NCBI GenBank assembly: GCA_965285935.1
Contig: OZ260666.1
Coordinates: 13,144,001 to 13,208,000 of the forward strand
Origin: Ophelia neglecta
Lineage: Eukaryota
DNA: 64,000 nucleotides
Direction: 5' to 3'
Within the stretch, counting starts at the first letter, position 1. The number at the start of each line of letters is the position of its first letter. Positions 35,290 to 50,545 of this stretch are shown piece after piece. The translations under genes were made by a program, and so were the position numbers. Under the pieces are notes generated by a model, which had not been told where the DNA came from, did no database searches, and saw only the letters and a list, made by a program, of their open reading frames with translations.

Positions 35290-38200
35290 AAGTACTGTGT
35301 CCGGGTAGTCGCCCCCCCCCCCTCCCCCCCCCCCCTCTGTGTGTCCTTGATTGCTTCTTGAGGTCACCGGATGACCTTATCATGTCCCCTTCTTTTCACA
35401 AAACTTACAATGGCTTTTCTAAGAGGCATCCAAGTACTAAGCATGCATAATGGTGGCATGATCTCATTGTCATTTGGATCAAGTTAAGCCTGAAAAAGAG
35501 GTTGACAAAACATTTTGCAGTTAATTGTCAGCGTCTTCGGTTCACAAGAGCTAGGAACGATCGGGTCATGCTAGCTTTTAATTCTTGCCATTGTCTTCTG
35601 CTTGAGACGTGTTTGGCGATGAAATATTGCAACAAACTATATTTATTTCTACGGAAACAGGAGTTTAGGCATAACATTTTCCTATGAAAACTGTTCTTTT
35701 GTAATTGTTATAGCCACGTTTAACATTACTCTATTGAATAATTTCATTTAACAAAAGGAGGGCAGTGTCATAACGTAATTACGAACACCATGGCATATAC
35801 TTTCCATGAACACCATATACTTTCCATGATATCAATTGTACCTGCAATGTTAGCTCACAGTAAATCATATAATGACTTTTGGATGTGGAATTTATTCATT
35901 GATGCCACAAATAAAAGGGAGCCTTATAACAGATAGCAACAGTAGCTATGGCGATGCGCCTCGACACTGTGATGCTCAAAGATCATTTTAAGTGACCAAT
36001 CCATCTACTTTGCGCACACAAAACATGACATTAATTGCGCCAGAACATGATAATGCTTTATACTGTATTAAGATAGAGAGCTACCAGCTGATCAACATTT
36101 GTGGGCAATTTGAGGCATACACAGGGTTTATATGCACTCTGTTAGAAAGGCAGGCGCAAGTTAAATTAATTATCAAATTGGTACGAAAGGTTCTCTTGCA
36201 CGTGAGAGGGCAAACAAAGTGTGGCGCAAAAGGAATCAAAGCAGTTAAACAGTTTCCCTTATATTGTTAAGTCTTTTAATTTGTAATTTAAAAGGCTTAA
36301 AGGGAGGCCGATACAGATTTGTGTATTGAAAAGGTCATAGGGATAGATGGAATATGGGCTGTTGAGGGGTTAAGGGTTCTATGGGGTTGCTGCACGCGGG
36401 TGGGGATGGGAGGCATTTGAAAGTGACGTGAAAAGGGAAATTATGGAATCCTGGAGGGAAGACCAAGTTATGTTATGCCAGAGAGCCTAATGAATTAATG
36501 CCGAATTAATAGTTTCTGGCATACAGTAGCAGTTACCGGGTAACAAATCGTCTCGGAGCAGTTAAAAGACCAGCCCTGGAGCGATGCATCCGAAGGTTTT
36601 CTTGTATCTATGTACAATAGAGATTTCTCCGATATAAAGTATATTCGGTAATTAACAACATAATCATTAAAAAACCTTATTTTGGTGTCGTATGCCACAA
36701 TCACGAAATCCAAAACTAAAATACAGCACCTTACAGTTATTGATACATTCATTAAATAATTATTAACATCCCTAATCGCTCGTGTCGTAACTTGGATTTA
36801 ACAGCGAAAGAGCATCAGGGACATCAGGGAAATGGTGGTGACATCTGGTGTTCGGTTACTGTCGCAACTAAATGGGTATGACTTGTGTGTTTGTATGTTT
36901 GCGAGTTCGTGGGATGTTTTGAATAAATGGATATAGTGCCTGATGAAGGGGGCTGGATGATGCATAGTGGTTTAGCAAAACTGACTGCAGGTGGGTGCGG
37001 TGCCGGTAGTAGTGATAGGTGTGTATACTGGGTGCTTGAACAGTTTTGCGTTTTGCATGTTACATGACGACGGATTAAGACAGGGCATGAATTCAACTGA
37101 AATGTCGCGTGTAGATGGTGCATAGAGAATAAGGGAAATACTTGCCGAAGTAGGCAAGTGTTCTGGGTACATTGTTTTAAATCATGAAGCTGTATATTGA
37201 GGTTTGTATGTTATTTGCCGGTTCCTGGTGCGTACGGGCCTAGGTACTGGTTAAATCGTGACTTACTTCAGTGTAATTGTATGTTCTACTAGGCATTTTA
37301 TCCTGTATTGTCGAGTTCTAAATGGGTGTTGAAAGTTGAAAGGCATAACAATGGATTAGGGTATATGGATGTGGTGGGAGGGTAATGATGAAAAATGGAG
37401 ACGAGCAAATCAGGATTAGGGTTCGACGAGCATCGCGACGAGGACGGGGATTCATGCTTTATAGATACATGGCAGATTAGTGAATGACACGAGACTAGCA
37501 GATGATAAAGGCTAATGATTGTGAGTATGAGGAGAAAGCAAGCTGCCAAAGGAGGGGAATTGAAACACATGGGCAGAATTCGGTTATTTTAGCGATACGG
37601 GGAATCTCATAGCTCGAGCTGCATTTATGTGCATATGGCGCACTAATCATTGCTAGAAAGCATATTTAGAATTTTTTGCTATCTATGGTTCACAAAACCA
37701 TTCCCCTTCATTCCCCTTTTTTATTTACTCTATTATTTGAGATCCACCCAGTATTGTCATTATTTTTAGGAGTGAAAGGTGAAAGAAACCATGTCGATGA
37801 GCACTAAAGATACTTTCGCAAACAAAAGCGGATAATCAGAGAAGTCCCTAGTTAATTAATGAAATTAATTAATACCTTTAGTGTTAGAATTTTACTAATC
37901 AGTACAAGACAGCGGGCTTTTGTCATGCACTACATTTTAATTCTCTTCAGACTCTGTCTCGAAATGTGTATTACAATCAATCGAAAAATATCATTATATA
38001 TGCATGATGAAAAATATGTGGAAACAAACAAGGCGCTATTAGTAGGTTATTTCCACCCAGTAATTACCCTATTATCAGGCAATGTAGTATATCACATATG
38101 ATTATACAGTAAATATTGGTTATAGATTTTGACTCTGCCCATCGGACTGACCGGTTTGTGTCTAGATATGCTATTTTCATATATATATATATACTCCTCT

Positions 38201-41200
38201 ACTAACATAAGCGGTCTACGACCATTTATTATTTTTGTGTAGAGGGCACGAAACACAGAAATGCTGATCAGTTGAGAGTTGATTAAACACAAATATATCA
38301 ATCACCAGTTGAGTTTACCAGCTGAGCTAGGCTTGATGGATATGAAATAATTCCAGAGTTCCAATATAGCCTGCATTGGTGATGTAACCATTACGGCTTC
38401 TTACATGGTTCTCTTAATCAACAATATTGAGAAAAAGCCTGTCATTTCAAGCCGTCGATCAATGGACAATCTCACTCACGGATAATGTACTTCTGTTTCC
38501 ATTTGAATCAGTAATGTTGAATTGTATTCTTGAGTTGCAAAGTTAACACAATTATTTTTAATGTGACTTCTTTAAATTATGTTAATCAGGCATGTTATGA
38601 GTCAATAAATGAGTCGATCAATGCAATCAAAACAAAACGTTGAGTAATTGACGAGTTTTTCTAGCAAAAGGTTCATAAATTATCGAAGTGGGCAAGCTCA
38701 ATTATTTCCTCTAAGACTATAATGGCTTTTGAGAAATGCAAACGTCGTATTTGGCAAATATTTTGGTCCTGCCAAACATCTAATTTGGGCCAAAAATTTC
38801 GTACCTAAAATAAATTCAGGTTAACTGAACCGCAATTACAATGTCATCAGCTTAAACACCAGAGAGATTAGCTTGTCGCTAAACAGTAGAATGTACATAT
38901 ATTTGAAATAACGTCTGTAGTACCGCGTTTAATGAATCTTCTTACCCTTGATTGTTTGTATCGTTTTTATATGTGTCAGAATTGTAAGCACATACACAAG
39001 CTGCGATACGCCCATTAAATATTTTAGACTTTCTATATGCTTCGAAATTTAGAAGGTTTGTACAGATTCCTTCATTCGTTTCTGTGTATATTTGGCCATT
39101 GAAGGCCCATTTATAAGCTAGACGTAATCATGTATGGGCCACATCAAAACAGTGTTGACACCTCTTGGGAGTGGTTCATATCTGTACATGCACATTTGTA
39201 ATAGATGAAATGATTGGATATTTGGTTTGTATCACAGGTAACCTATCACCTGGGAGGGGTGGCTGAGCGTGAACAGGTTAATGAGTATGTGTAGGAATTT
39301 TGTAGTAAGTGGAGTGGGTAGGCGTTTCCTTGTGTGGTTAAATTGCAGAAATTGTTTGGGTCTGTGGAGGGCAGTAATTGTTTTAAAAAGTGGAGTTTGG
39401 GGTTATAAAGTAGGTTATAATATATACATATGTGAGATTGGTACTTGTCGGCAGCACAAGCTGCTTAAACCTAGCAGCATGCAATTGTAACCTGGACAAA
39501 AAGTTTTACGCCTGTATATGGCAGGATATCGGTTCTTGCTGACGGCAAATAGAGAAAATTGTAGATTAACATTAATTGGTCACAACCATTCAATAATATG
39601 TACGGTAATAGTAGAGCCCGTTGTAGGGGAAAGGGGCATGATGGTGAAACGGCAGGGTATGTTGGCCCGAGTAATCTGTAGGGGACGTGGTGATTGGGGG
39701 ACAGTATGTGAGGGCTGGGTGTGTTATAGGGAACGGAAACGTGGTGATTGAACGACGGGGTATACGGACCCGAGTTTGCTGTAGAGGAAGCAGCCGTGAT
39801 AATGAAGCGAGGGAGTTTATTGGCCCCAGTATGCTGTAGGAGGTTTATCCGTTGTGATGGGGCGTCAGTGTTTGTCATATGGATGTGGTTTAGGGGACGG
39901 GGCTCTGGTGATGGGGCGACATGGTACGTAAGCTCGAATTTTAGGAGACAAGGGATGATGGAGTGACGGGGTATGTGGGCCTAAGTGTAGTGTAGGGGCG
40001 GAGCCATGATGTTCGTGAGGCAGAATATAAGAGTTCGAGTGTATTCTAAGCTACAAGACCAAAACAAAAGTGATGTAATACAAGTAACACGCGACATGAT
40101 ACGTAAAAGGCATTACAGGTTCATTGTCTATATAAACGAGGTATTTATATCTCCCAAATATTCGAATAAAAACAACGAGTACGAACCGTTTATTGCACCA
40201 AATGGTATCCAAATCATGCCAATCCTGCTTCATTTCTTTTTATGTTATTTCTTGTTTAGATATGTAGTTAACCATATAGGTAGGTATGCAGCATAATCAA
40301 AGCATCCACTAGATTCAAAAGTACTGAAGAGAAACCATGAACCAGACAAATGAAACGATCACACGTGTGTTATAGGGTTATGCCGGATTAAACAATTATG
40401 GATAAAATACAGCTTATAGTCAGCGTGGATAGTAGCAATATAATGCAAATAACCGTTACAGGCCGGATTTGCAGTGCAAACATTTTGAGCTCAAGGGGCA
40501 TCGTTGAATAGTGTGTACGAAGAGTCACATGTAAGGACCACCAAGCTGTTCATCGATGTCAGATTATGCTCAGTGCATAGCTTTACATGTGCTAAAAACT
40601 TGATCTCATATAGGTCTATTGTACTAGAAAATTGTACTAGAAAACCCAACCGACGATAGGTTTTAAAACAGCGGTGCCATCGCTTGTAGATAGATGGTAC
40701 TCTGCAAACAGGCATTAACACAACATTAAGCATTGTGGTCAATGTATGCACAAGTCAAATAGGAAAGTTTTGCCCCCGAAATATATTGTTTTCAGGCTAT
40801 CTGCAGACATCAAAGCATACATCGATAAAAAATTATTTATTAATTTATTCTCTCAGATATTATCATTATTAATTTCAAACTGACACGTGTTTTTGTAAAC
40901 GTAGAATTGTAGCATGTCAAATAACTGGAGGAGACAGGTAACAGCAGGTGATGAAAGGGTCAGTGGAAGGAAAATGGTATGGACTGAAGGTTTTAGCTCA
41001 AAAATTTGTATAGTTCTGAATAAACCTTAAGAATAATATTGCAATGATGTGTTTCTCACTGAAAGTTAAATATATCGTGTTTATTACGTGCTCTCACCTA
41101 AATCGAGTAAATCAAGGTTCACCGGGAATAATAACATACGGGAATAATAACATACATACGGGTCTAGTTGTCCTGTTTATTGATGAAATATTATATTCAT

Positions 41201-44200
41201 ACCAAGCTGACAATGAGGGTTTTTCTTGAAGAACTAATATTTGCCATTCGTTTTGATTTGCATGTACGCATGCTGTCCTGGCACTTTGCAGCTAAGCTCA
41301 GCAAACTGAAAAAAAAACACAATTTAACAATTAAATATTGTTTGTAGGCGTTTAGCTACATTATACAGTATCAGGTCCTGTTTGTATCACAATTGTATCT
41401 CAGTCTTCTCGTAAATGATATTTTTAACTGAAGTGGTCCGGCCAATATTTCTGCTAAGCACCATTTAGCCTCTTGGTACGTTTAATTATTTGATTTTAAT
41501 ATCAGGTACAAGGCCACTTCGGCATAATAGCATGTGGATTGGTTGATATTAATCAATATTGTAGGCATTTTTTTTATAGCTGTAAGCAAACCGATTGTGA
41601 CTGAGGGGCGAAGGAATCCCCCCCCCCCTCCCCCATTAATACCTAAAATATTTAATCAAACATTACCCATATGGGAACTAGTTAAAATGGGCTTATTACG
41701 GTGTGAGATACAAATATAATGGTGGTATGATATATTGAATATATGCATTGAAGCATTTTGCTATTCAACTTAAATGACTTGATCTGAATTCATGCGAATA
41801 TAAAATGACTGACCTAGGGGTTTTGAGTGGCTACAGACCATAATATGCCTTGTTGTTTATCAAGGTGTATTTACGTCGCGTAGGTATAGAATGTTCAAAG
41901 ATAAGGAGCGGGTAGACTGGTGTTTATGTAGGACGAGGTGGAAAAGGGTTAACATTTTGGATAAGACAAGAGTGACCGATACTTATATATTAACTGTGAT
42001 CCATTCTTTTAAGGTATTACATAACATTATCAATGGGCTCCGATCATTAGTATTATACATGTGTTTTGTGATCACATTCAAATACTTGTATATACCAGAA
42101 ATTGCTAGCCCATCAAAATGCCAATTTGGCATTTGCAGAAATGAAAGTATAGAATTGTTTCTAAACCCTCGCCGTTTAGTACAATGGGGTCAGTTGATGA
42201 CACAGCCTACTTTCTTAAATGATTTTTATGCGATTCAATGTCATCCTAAATTCCTACATATAATGTGTGGAGTTAGTTCCTAAGATTTAATAATAAATGA
42301 AACTGGAATTTATTGCACAAGGCTAAATAGAAAAATGTTGTCTCTTACTGTTCCGATTTGCTAGCGTTTTTCGTCGTGTATGAAGTATCCATGTATACAT
42401 TTGCACATTTAGTAAGATGAAGCACTACAAGTCAACTACACCTTTATATTATCTGCGATTACAAATAAGCTCTTATGAAGCTTCATCTACCTATGGTACT
42501 TTTTAAAAATAGCCTTTGTCCAATGCCTTCTCTCATTGTACATATATGAATATGGGAATTCCCTGCCGGGGAAGCCCTTGTTTATGTGACGTATTTATTA
42601 TTAATATGCTAGGATGAACTACAAACCTGCATGTATCTGTAGGCTACCCAATGTTTGCGCCTGCCTTGCCTTGTTTACTTTGAACAAACATTGAATAACT
42701 TAACACAGTCCTCCTACGACTGGGTTCACTGTTCCCAAGGCTTGTAACGGGTATAAGTGTTCCAGTTTAATATAACTTTAATGCTTGGATATTACTGACA
42801 ATATGAGACACCAGGTTAGTGTTTATTAGTTAACGGCAAGCTTGGCTCCGATAATAAATACATTGCCATGTTAAGAATGCTGGTTAGAAGCATATTGATA
42901 TATATATATATATGTACTAGTTAGTTTAGGGCTGGCAACCATGTGGAAATGACTAGAGATGACCTGTATAGCAAATATTTTCTCTTAAATGGTTTGGTTC
43001 AAATCGACAGAAATTGGCAGAGCATTCAGATGTTGGATGCCGGTGTTTTGGGGAGTAAACGATGTGTACACGAAATAATCTTATTTGAGGTTACATGTAG
43101 AAACTTGTGCCCGGGAAGACGGTAATGATAATGAACAGGATCGGGCGATAATACCGGCTGGATAAACGCACATGCTAAGGCAGGATATTCATTGCCATCA
43201 GGATTCAATACACCAACTGGTGAACATGTAATGTGTGTAAATAAGGAACGGTTCCAAAGAGCTTAAAATTTCCTATGCTATTTTTTTTTCATTTGACAAT
43301 GTAACGAAAAAGGTGTGATCTTTGAAGTACATAATGTTCACTCCCATCAATTAAATATAAGACAGGCAGTTCAAACTAGTACAGGCGAGTTAAGTAGACA
43401 CTTAACTCTGTGACATGAAGGGTAACTGTCACGATGAAATCTAATGATAAAGATAACTGTCCTACATGGCTTGATGCTTTTGTATTAATAATATGAGCTA
43501 GGTACTCCTAATGAATAAGGTTATATTGTCTAGCCGTACCTGTAAACAGGAAATCTAGCCATATTTAGCTAATGTGAAGACCAGTTTGCCTGCGCATGCA
43601 CTTCGAATCTAATGCGAAAGATACACATGAATTCTATTGACCAGTCAGTGTTCACTTAGTTAGGTTTAGCTACAACTCTCATGCATCAATGAATATAAGG
43701 TATACATCAGCTGTTCCCAGACCTCAGTAGAATGTACTAAGTATGCTATCTTGACCCTGCCCTGGCTGATTAGTCCATCACGGCCATCAGACCAAATTTG
43801 TGTTTTTAATAACCCGTAGACATTGGCAGAATTATATTGGTCGTTGAAGGCTGAGCAGGGTCCAGAGTGATGGAATTTAGCATTTACGACATTTACCAAT
43901 TGCTGAGGGTCGGAGTTAAAAGGATGTTATCGAGCTATTGAGATATTCTGGGGGGGGGGGGGGGGGTTAAGGATGACAACTGACAAAGACAATTGATTTT
44001 CCATGGCTAAAGCAAGTTCGAGGTAAGAGAATGAGACTAGGGAGTGTCGGGCGGAACGAGGAGACCGAAATATAAATAACATTTTGCTCGATTATTTCTA
44101 TTAATCAAATATAAAATAACTCGGTTTAACTATCTTTGTAAGTTCGTCGACTTTATATTGGCATAGGACTGAAGATACAGATAATAGGATTTTTTATTTT

Positions 44201-45277
44201 GACATCAAATATATAGGTTTGAATTTGTATTTGCCCTTAGGTTCATAGATCGTGTGCATATTGGGAATAACATTGATCCGTGCCCATGAGATACACCTTG
44301 TGGTCCTCGCGAATATGGTGTTGACCTCTAGGGTATACGACTGAAATGATAGTAAAGGCATGAGTAGTTGTTCTCGATATTCAGTGAACGAGTCTTGACT
44401 CTCGACAGGTATCTCTGCAAGGCTGTTCGCCTCATACATCGTTCTCACACGTCCATGTGATACGGGGTACTTTAAAAATATTGGCCACTGCACACAAGTG
44501 TCTGAATGGACTGGGGCCTCCCTCACTTATTATCGCCATATTGCCCGACACGTGAACCGCGCTCATGTACCCAACCGATTCTCGCCGAACCGAGGGCAAG
44601 GTTTAGGAAAGTCGGGGATAGGGATTCTCCTTTTTTTCTCGAAAGGCCTGCAATATTCTGCTAGCCCATATCAGTTTGAGAGCTTCGGTTATATATTGTG
44701 ATTCTCAGTTAAAAACAATCTTATTGAGATATGCACATGGTTGTTAGTATATGCTTATTTCTTATTTTGCATGTCCGTCACTTAGAAGTTCATTTGTAAA
44801 TTGAACAAGACCCAACGCATGTTTGTGTTGAAATGGTTACATGTATATATTAAAAATAACATTAGGCAATTTACAAAGGTGGGGGAAAACCCACAACAAT
44901 ACATAAGTACTGATGGATGATGACGGGGGTAGGTGGGAGGGTGTTTCCAAACACACCTATCTGGTAAGAGTGAAGCTCGCTGAAAGGCAGATAGTCTGTA
45001 GAACTGGCCAGTCTTGATCCGCATGGCTGCTTCTGGGCTGGCCTATTATCCGGTCAATGGCTTTGCCACCTTCACCCCTTTGACACAATAGTTTAGTCTG
45101 CATAGCTAATTACCTTAAGGCTGGCTTGTACCAGTAAAATGTAGCATAGAATGGCATGTGTGTACAATAGGTAATATAACTGTTATCAAAACAAATTACT
45201 CCCATGAAAACAAGAAATGCATTTATTGTCACAATAAATTTGTTTTGTATAAATTAAATGACTAAAATGAAGAAATA

Positions 45278-45409
45278 CAGTGAAACTTGTCTAATCAGGT
45301 CAGCCAAGGGACTTGACAAAACTGACCACAATACACAGGTGACCTTAATAGGCAGGTCATTTTACACAGACATAAATGAGGATGGGGCTGTTATTTAGTG
45401 TATTCACTG
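45278..45409. mobile_element. Tc1/mariner (pogo/Tigger-like) MITE
   Basis: TA|CAGTGAA...TTCACTG|TA termini with a TA target duplication. Confidence 0.6.
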
Positions 45410-48409
45410 TATCCATACTGGTGCTGCTTTCATATCATGTCAATTTACCTTGTAAAGCGCATTTGCGGAAAATTTTAATATAGAGTGTGCGCTGTTATTA
45501 ATGCCAGTAGAATATATATAAGAGGATAGTCTAGTTCCCCTCAGAGGTTCCATTAGATTTGGTTAAGCTACTCGAACTTTTACACGAGTAGGAAAATTAA
45601 ATGGAGTTGGTTTACATACACACCTCTTATTGGCATTGATCTTATGGTTCGTCTTCACACCATTGACTAAGACAGTCTGGGAAATATTGTTTGCATGGAA
45701 TTGTCAATTTCTCCAACGTAACATTTAAAAAGATGTTTTGCATGGCCATAAGAGATAAGTCAATACCTGTGATTTGAAACAGTGTATATCCAAACACGAG
45801 CAGTTTATCCACATAATGTTAACCTTATCAGTGAAAGCCCATATATTGTGCACTCAACAAATTGTTTCCCAGTCAAGCTTCACAAAGACGCCAAAACCTT
45901 TTAATTATGTTTGTGGATTTGAATATCCCCATCGATTACCTTCAGATAAATGTATTTATTATAACATAATACTGCTCATGTGTATTTCTTTCTACTATTT
46001 AAAATGTTTTAAAAAGGCAGTGATATGTAAGGAATGGATGAGAGCCATATACAGTGGACATGATCATATATCTACAAAATTCGACGCCAGATGTCTCCTC
46101 TTTCTAACCATGGACCACTAGATATCAATTAAACCTACTTTGGCCTAACACTAAAACCATTTTCAGATATACTGGTGACATTAGATAATACCAACTGCGA
46201 GAGTTAAACATTATCAGGCAATGTTTTTCGAGTTGATTTGAAGCTGTATGGCAACTGTTGCCTCCATTCATTATAGCAAATTTTATTGGAATACCAAATT
46301 ATACCAGATAATGCACTTTTTGTTAGTGCGCTCAATGTTTTGCTCTGTAATGAAGTGCAATATCATCGGATTTGTTTATCTGAAGCTTGGTGGATAGGTT
46401 TTGATTATGCGTTTCCCAGATAATTAGAGGGCATAGCGACAAACTGTTTTGATAACTCTTCGCACCAGCTTATTTTGTTCAAGCACTTAAGCTTGTTCAA
46501 TTATACATAAATGATAGATTGTTGGAGGCTGAGACGGCCTTGGTCAATTTGGGAATACAAATACAAATACAAAATGCTGCAAAGAATAGATATTAATCTG
46601 TGAGAAGTTTCCCGCCAAAAGCTCAAACAAAGCCATGGACCCAGTTAACCTTGAGCATCAGACTTTCTACTTACCTCACACCCTCTAAGATCTCTGTCAA
46701 AGGTCCTGGGCCTATGACAACTCACTCATACATGCAACCTATCAGATCCCATAGCTACTTTCAAATCCAAACATAGCATTATCTTAGCTTCCTTAAATAT
46801 CACAATAATATAATACATTCATATTTCTACACCAGATCTAATAAATTTCTTAACGCGCACCATTAGATATCGAAGGTCTAACATTAATGCTTTTATGTGT
46901 GATTGCGCATGATCAATTTAGTACGAGAGAAAGAAGCAAATGTTTACCATTATACAACGACCTTGCTATATTTGAACGAATATTGATGTCGATTGCTCCT
47001 TCTGCCAGTATTGACACATGCATATATATTTTACTTTTCTGGACTGACAGTTTCGCCGTGGACTCTGATGTTAATACACTGGCCCCATCAGTCATAATCG
47101 CGATGATGTAATTATCAGACGACTGACCTCCCAGCTGGTGTACCGGTTTATGGCCTCTCCTGGGCAATACGCCTATTTGGCTGCCTAAAGCGCATTCTAA
47201 AGATAAAAAGAGTTTGAAGATGCATTTCAAATGATATTTGTTCCTCAAGATTATCTATTTATTCAACTTAGTATGAATTTCCTGGGTAGATGTGCTATTC
47301 GTCAAATCGACGTTTGTATCTGTGAATTGATTATCCATCAAAAGACAACTTATTTAAATGGGCGTGAAGTATGAAGTCTTCTCACACGCTAGGCAAGGGT
47401 GCTGTAATCAGCGTTGCGAATACCGACCGATCTACAGGTCCCAAATGGTCATTTCGGCTTGGACTGACAGACCTATGGTGGTTTTTCAAAACAGTGCATT
47501 CTCGACTGTGCGAAAAATAAACATCTTTGAACAAATAAAATTCCCCAAGGCTCGGAAGGCCGTGAAATAAATGTAGATTGTGTTTCATTGCTTTTTACGG
47601 CCTTTGGCTGTCACAGCATAAAACTGAAGCGTGCGGCCTGATTTTTTTACGGCTAACACGCCATGGACCGATACCTTAGCAGGATTGACAATTAAGCCAT
47701 ATCTATCACAGATATAAAAGCCCCAGACATCCACTCATTTTAACCACTGACCGTCATAGGAATCTGCTGAGAAAATATAATGTATATGTGTAGCGTTTTG
47801 TTGTGTTCTGTTAACAACAACAACCAAGGAAAGTTAATAAATAAATAATGACCCGTGCAATAGTGAAGCCAATATATCCTATTAAAAACATTTGTGGATT
47901 ATTTTTATCCAATATATGATTATCTGGTTGAATGCCGTGGCAACTGCCATAGAGGTCATTGTACTAGCATTTAGTGAGACTATATTTCAAAAAACAAATC
48001 TTGCATCACTCAGAATAGAGGATATAACATATATTTCATGGCATTTAAAAATAGGAGAGGAGATAAAAGTGTCATGAAATGAAACTCCCGCCTAAAGCTT
48101 CTTCACTATTTTATCTTCTTAGGCAACTTATATGATTGTCTGTCTTATACTTCAGTAACAATAAAAGAGACACTTACCCGTATAAGGTGGAACCCAGTAT
48201 GGCGAGACTGGTTGAAGTGTCAATTTATCAAACGACCCTCCGAAGATGTCATATACTTGAACACGTCTTACATCAGACCGTTTGTTACTTGTTGACACGG
48301 CCTTATGACTGGTCTTCAGTGTTATTTAGGTTAAACAAAATAATGTACCAAAGATTATAGTAGAATATAGTTTATCATCGGAATAACATATGCTAAAAAG
48401 CCTTGAAAT

Positions 48410-48850
48410 GTGGTCAAATCAATGGTGCTCTTTTGTTGCAAACACAATTTAACGTTTCACCTACGATTTGTGTAATAAAGTCCGCAATCATTAATAGCAA
48501 CTTTATTATACACCAGGCGTCAGTACTATACTAGTGTATACCATAATCTTTTCATTTGTTATATGCAGATTCATGATTGACTAAAATAGTGATATATATC
48601 TAGTTTAGAACCGCGTTAATGAAGCTCATAACAATGTCAAGGGGGCTAGGGTATTCAAAATTAATCTATTTTATGTATGCACACCTTTAATTGAAGTTGA
48701 TATTGGATATAGCTAAATAAATGACAAGAGTAACGCCATCTGGAAAACCAGCCCACAACTAGTTTATAAATTGGTCCGTTAAAAATTATTCATTAGAATG
48801 TTTAAATTTAAATTGCCCAAGCTGGTGGAAGTATGGGTATATCACTCGAT
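48410..48850 (+). repeat. Local duplication block A, copy 1 (copy 2 at ~52425-52815)
   Basis: Shared segments such as tctagtttagaa.cgcgtt, aaatgacaagagtaac.catctggaaa and caactagtttata.attgg.ccgt. Confidence 0.85.
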
Positions 48851-49339
48851 TTCAAGCTCGAACTTTATCTAATTTTCAGTCTCTGACGTATGTATATAAA
48901 TATATATAATTATATATATAAATGTACATATATGTATATATACCCAGGGATAGGGGTTGGTACGAAATTGCCTTTGACTGAATGAATGCGAACACGAATT
49001 AAATAAGATATACACTTTACTATTTATCTAGGCAAAAGGTAGTTATCCATATGCGCTGTTAATATTTTAATATCATTTTGCTTGTTTAAGAGCAAATATC
49101 ACATTAATTATTATCACACTGGAGAACATACTGAAAGAAGGAAATTGAAATGTAGTTGCTTATCAAGGTGTATTTCAGCAGACAAAAGTAGCAGGTAACT
49201 GAATTGATTTACCAAACCACCGTCTACATTTACAACTCCTGCTACCTGTATCTACTCGCCTTAAATCAGATTTTTCCGTCCAACACCAAGACAAACAATT
49301 TTTGTCTACCGCTGCCTGATTTGTATATCCAATACAATA

Positions 49340-50545
49340 TTCTTTTATTGTTATTTACCCGTGTATAGGGAATTAGGTTGGAATTGAGTGCTGGTTCTTT
49401 TAAATAACACCAATCAATGAAATAAAGCTGGACGAGCTATATTATTCTATTATCTTTGGATAGCGAGAGGATATGCTCTTTTGTAATAAAAAGAATAGCA
49501 AGATGAATTATATAGGCAAATATATTAATTCATTCTAAGAACACATCCCCCCGGTGCTTATTGGCTGAGAGGTACAGTTTTAGGTAAAAGTGCTGAAAAC
49601 AGTCGTCAGTGAAATGAGACAAAAACAAATGATGTCATGGGGGCGAGGGTATACACACAATGCCTGACGGGAACAGTGATATCAGTTGGTTACCATCAAT
49701 TTCTCTTAGTGCAAAGGTGCAATGAATCTACGCCTATCCAGCATATTGATTTATGCCAGCGATACCCTAGCATCTTTAACCATATGACAGAACAGAAATA
49801 CGTTTATTTGAGGGGCGTTATTAATTTAAACACGCTATGTGCACCCCCTCCCAAGTCTCCGTCCGAACGGATTGATTAAATACATTATCACATGAATTCA
49901 ACAGTTGTATTGTGAATCATGCATTTATCCATACAGTGTTAGCAGACAAAATGTATTGTAATCTGATGTTATAATGACCGAATAATGAATAGTAGAAATA
50001 AAATTATATATCATCGAGCGAGCTTTCAAAAAATTAACCCAAACATTGATCCATTACTAGCATCACTGTAATTTGGGCACTAATACAACATTCAGGCACA
50101 GTAGCAGCAACGGATTTATTTTGCACAAAAAGCCTGTTGTACAGACATCACGCGCCATATAGGTCAAAATGTATAATAAATTTAGGACAAGTGTGTTTTC
50201 ATCGCCGGAAGAAATGGTTTGCATACACAACAGTGTAAATATACCGATACTTAACACAGGGCAAAATCTGGGTTTCGCCGTTTTATCGTCTGATACAATC
50301 TCATTTGACTTTCAACCTGGCCCTGAAAAAATAATAGAGACATTTACTTAAACATTGCCACTAACCACTATGACTGTATGACTGGATTACATCCGCCAGA
50401 ATTCAGTTCACTTGAAAAACACCATGTCCTTTTTTTATGTTATAAATGAAGTGATAATAACAATAAATGCCACCGTTCCATCCATCATTAATCCGTAAAA
50501 TTCAACGATATTTTCTATGGCTTGTAGCATGCGTCCCCTTACATT
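49340..50545 (+). repeat. Local duplication block B, copy 1 (copy 2 ~53455-54960; partial copy 3 ~57428-57865)
   Basis: Colinear matches such as caatgaaataaagctggacgagctat, ccctcccaagtctccgtccg, cacgcgccatataggtca and ccgttttatcgtctgatacaatct. Confidence 0.9.

Noticed and set aside
36800-40000. G/T-skewed tracts (36.8-37.6 kb and 39.3-40.0 kb) with several ORFs, possibly an ancient LINE on the minus strand
   Set aside because: I found no intact RT or endonuclease motif and no exon-like splice structure.
42943-47248. ORFs at 43026-43208, 44194-44526 and 46913-47248 as exons of a further gene
   Set aside because: They have no recognisable domains and no phase-consistent exon chain. Only the 47197 acceptor is kept as a candidate.
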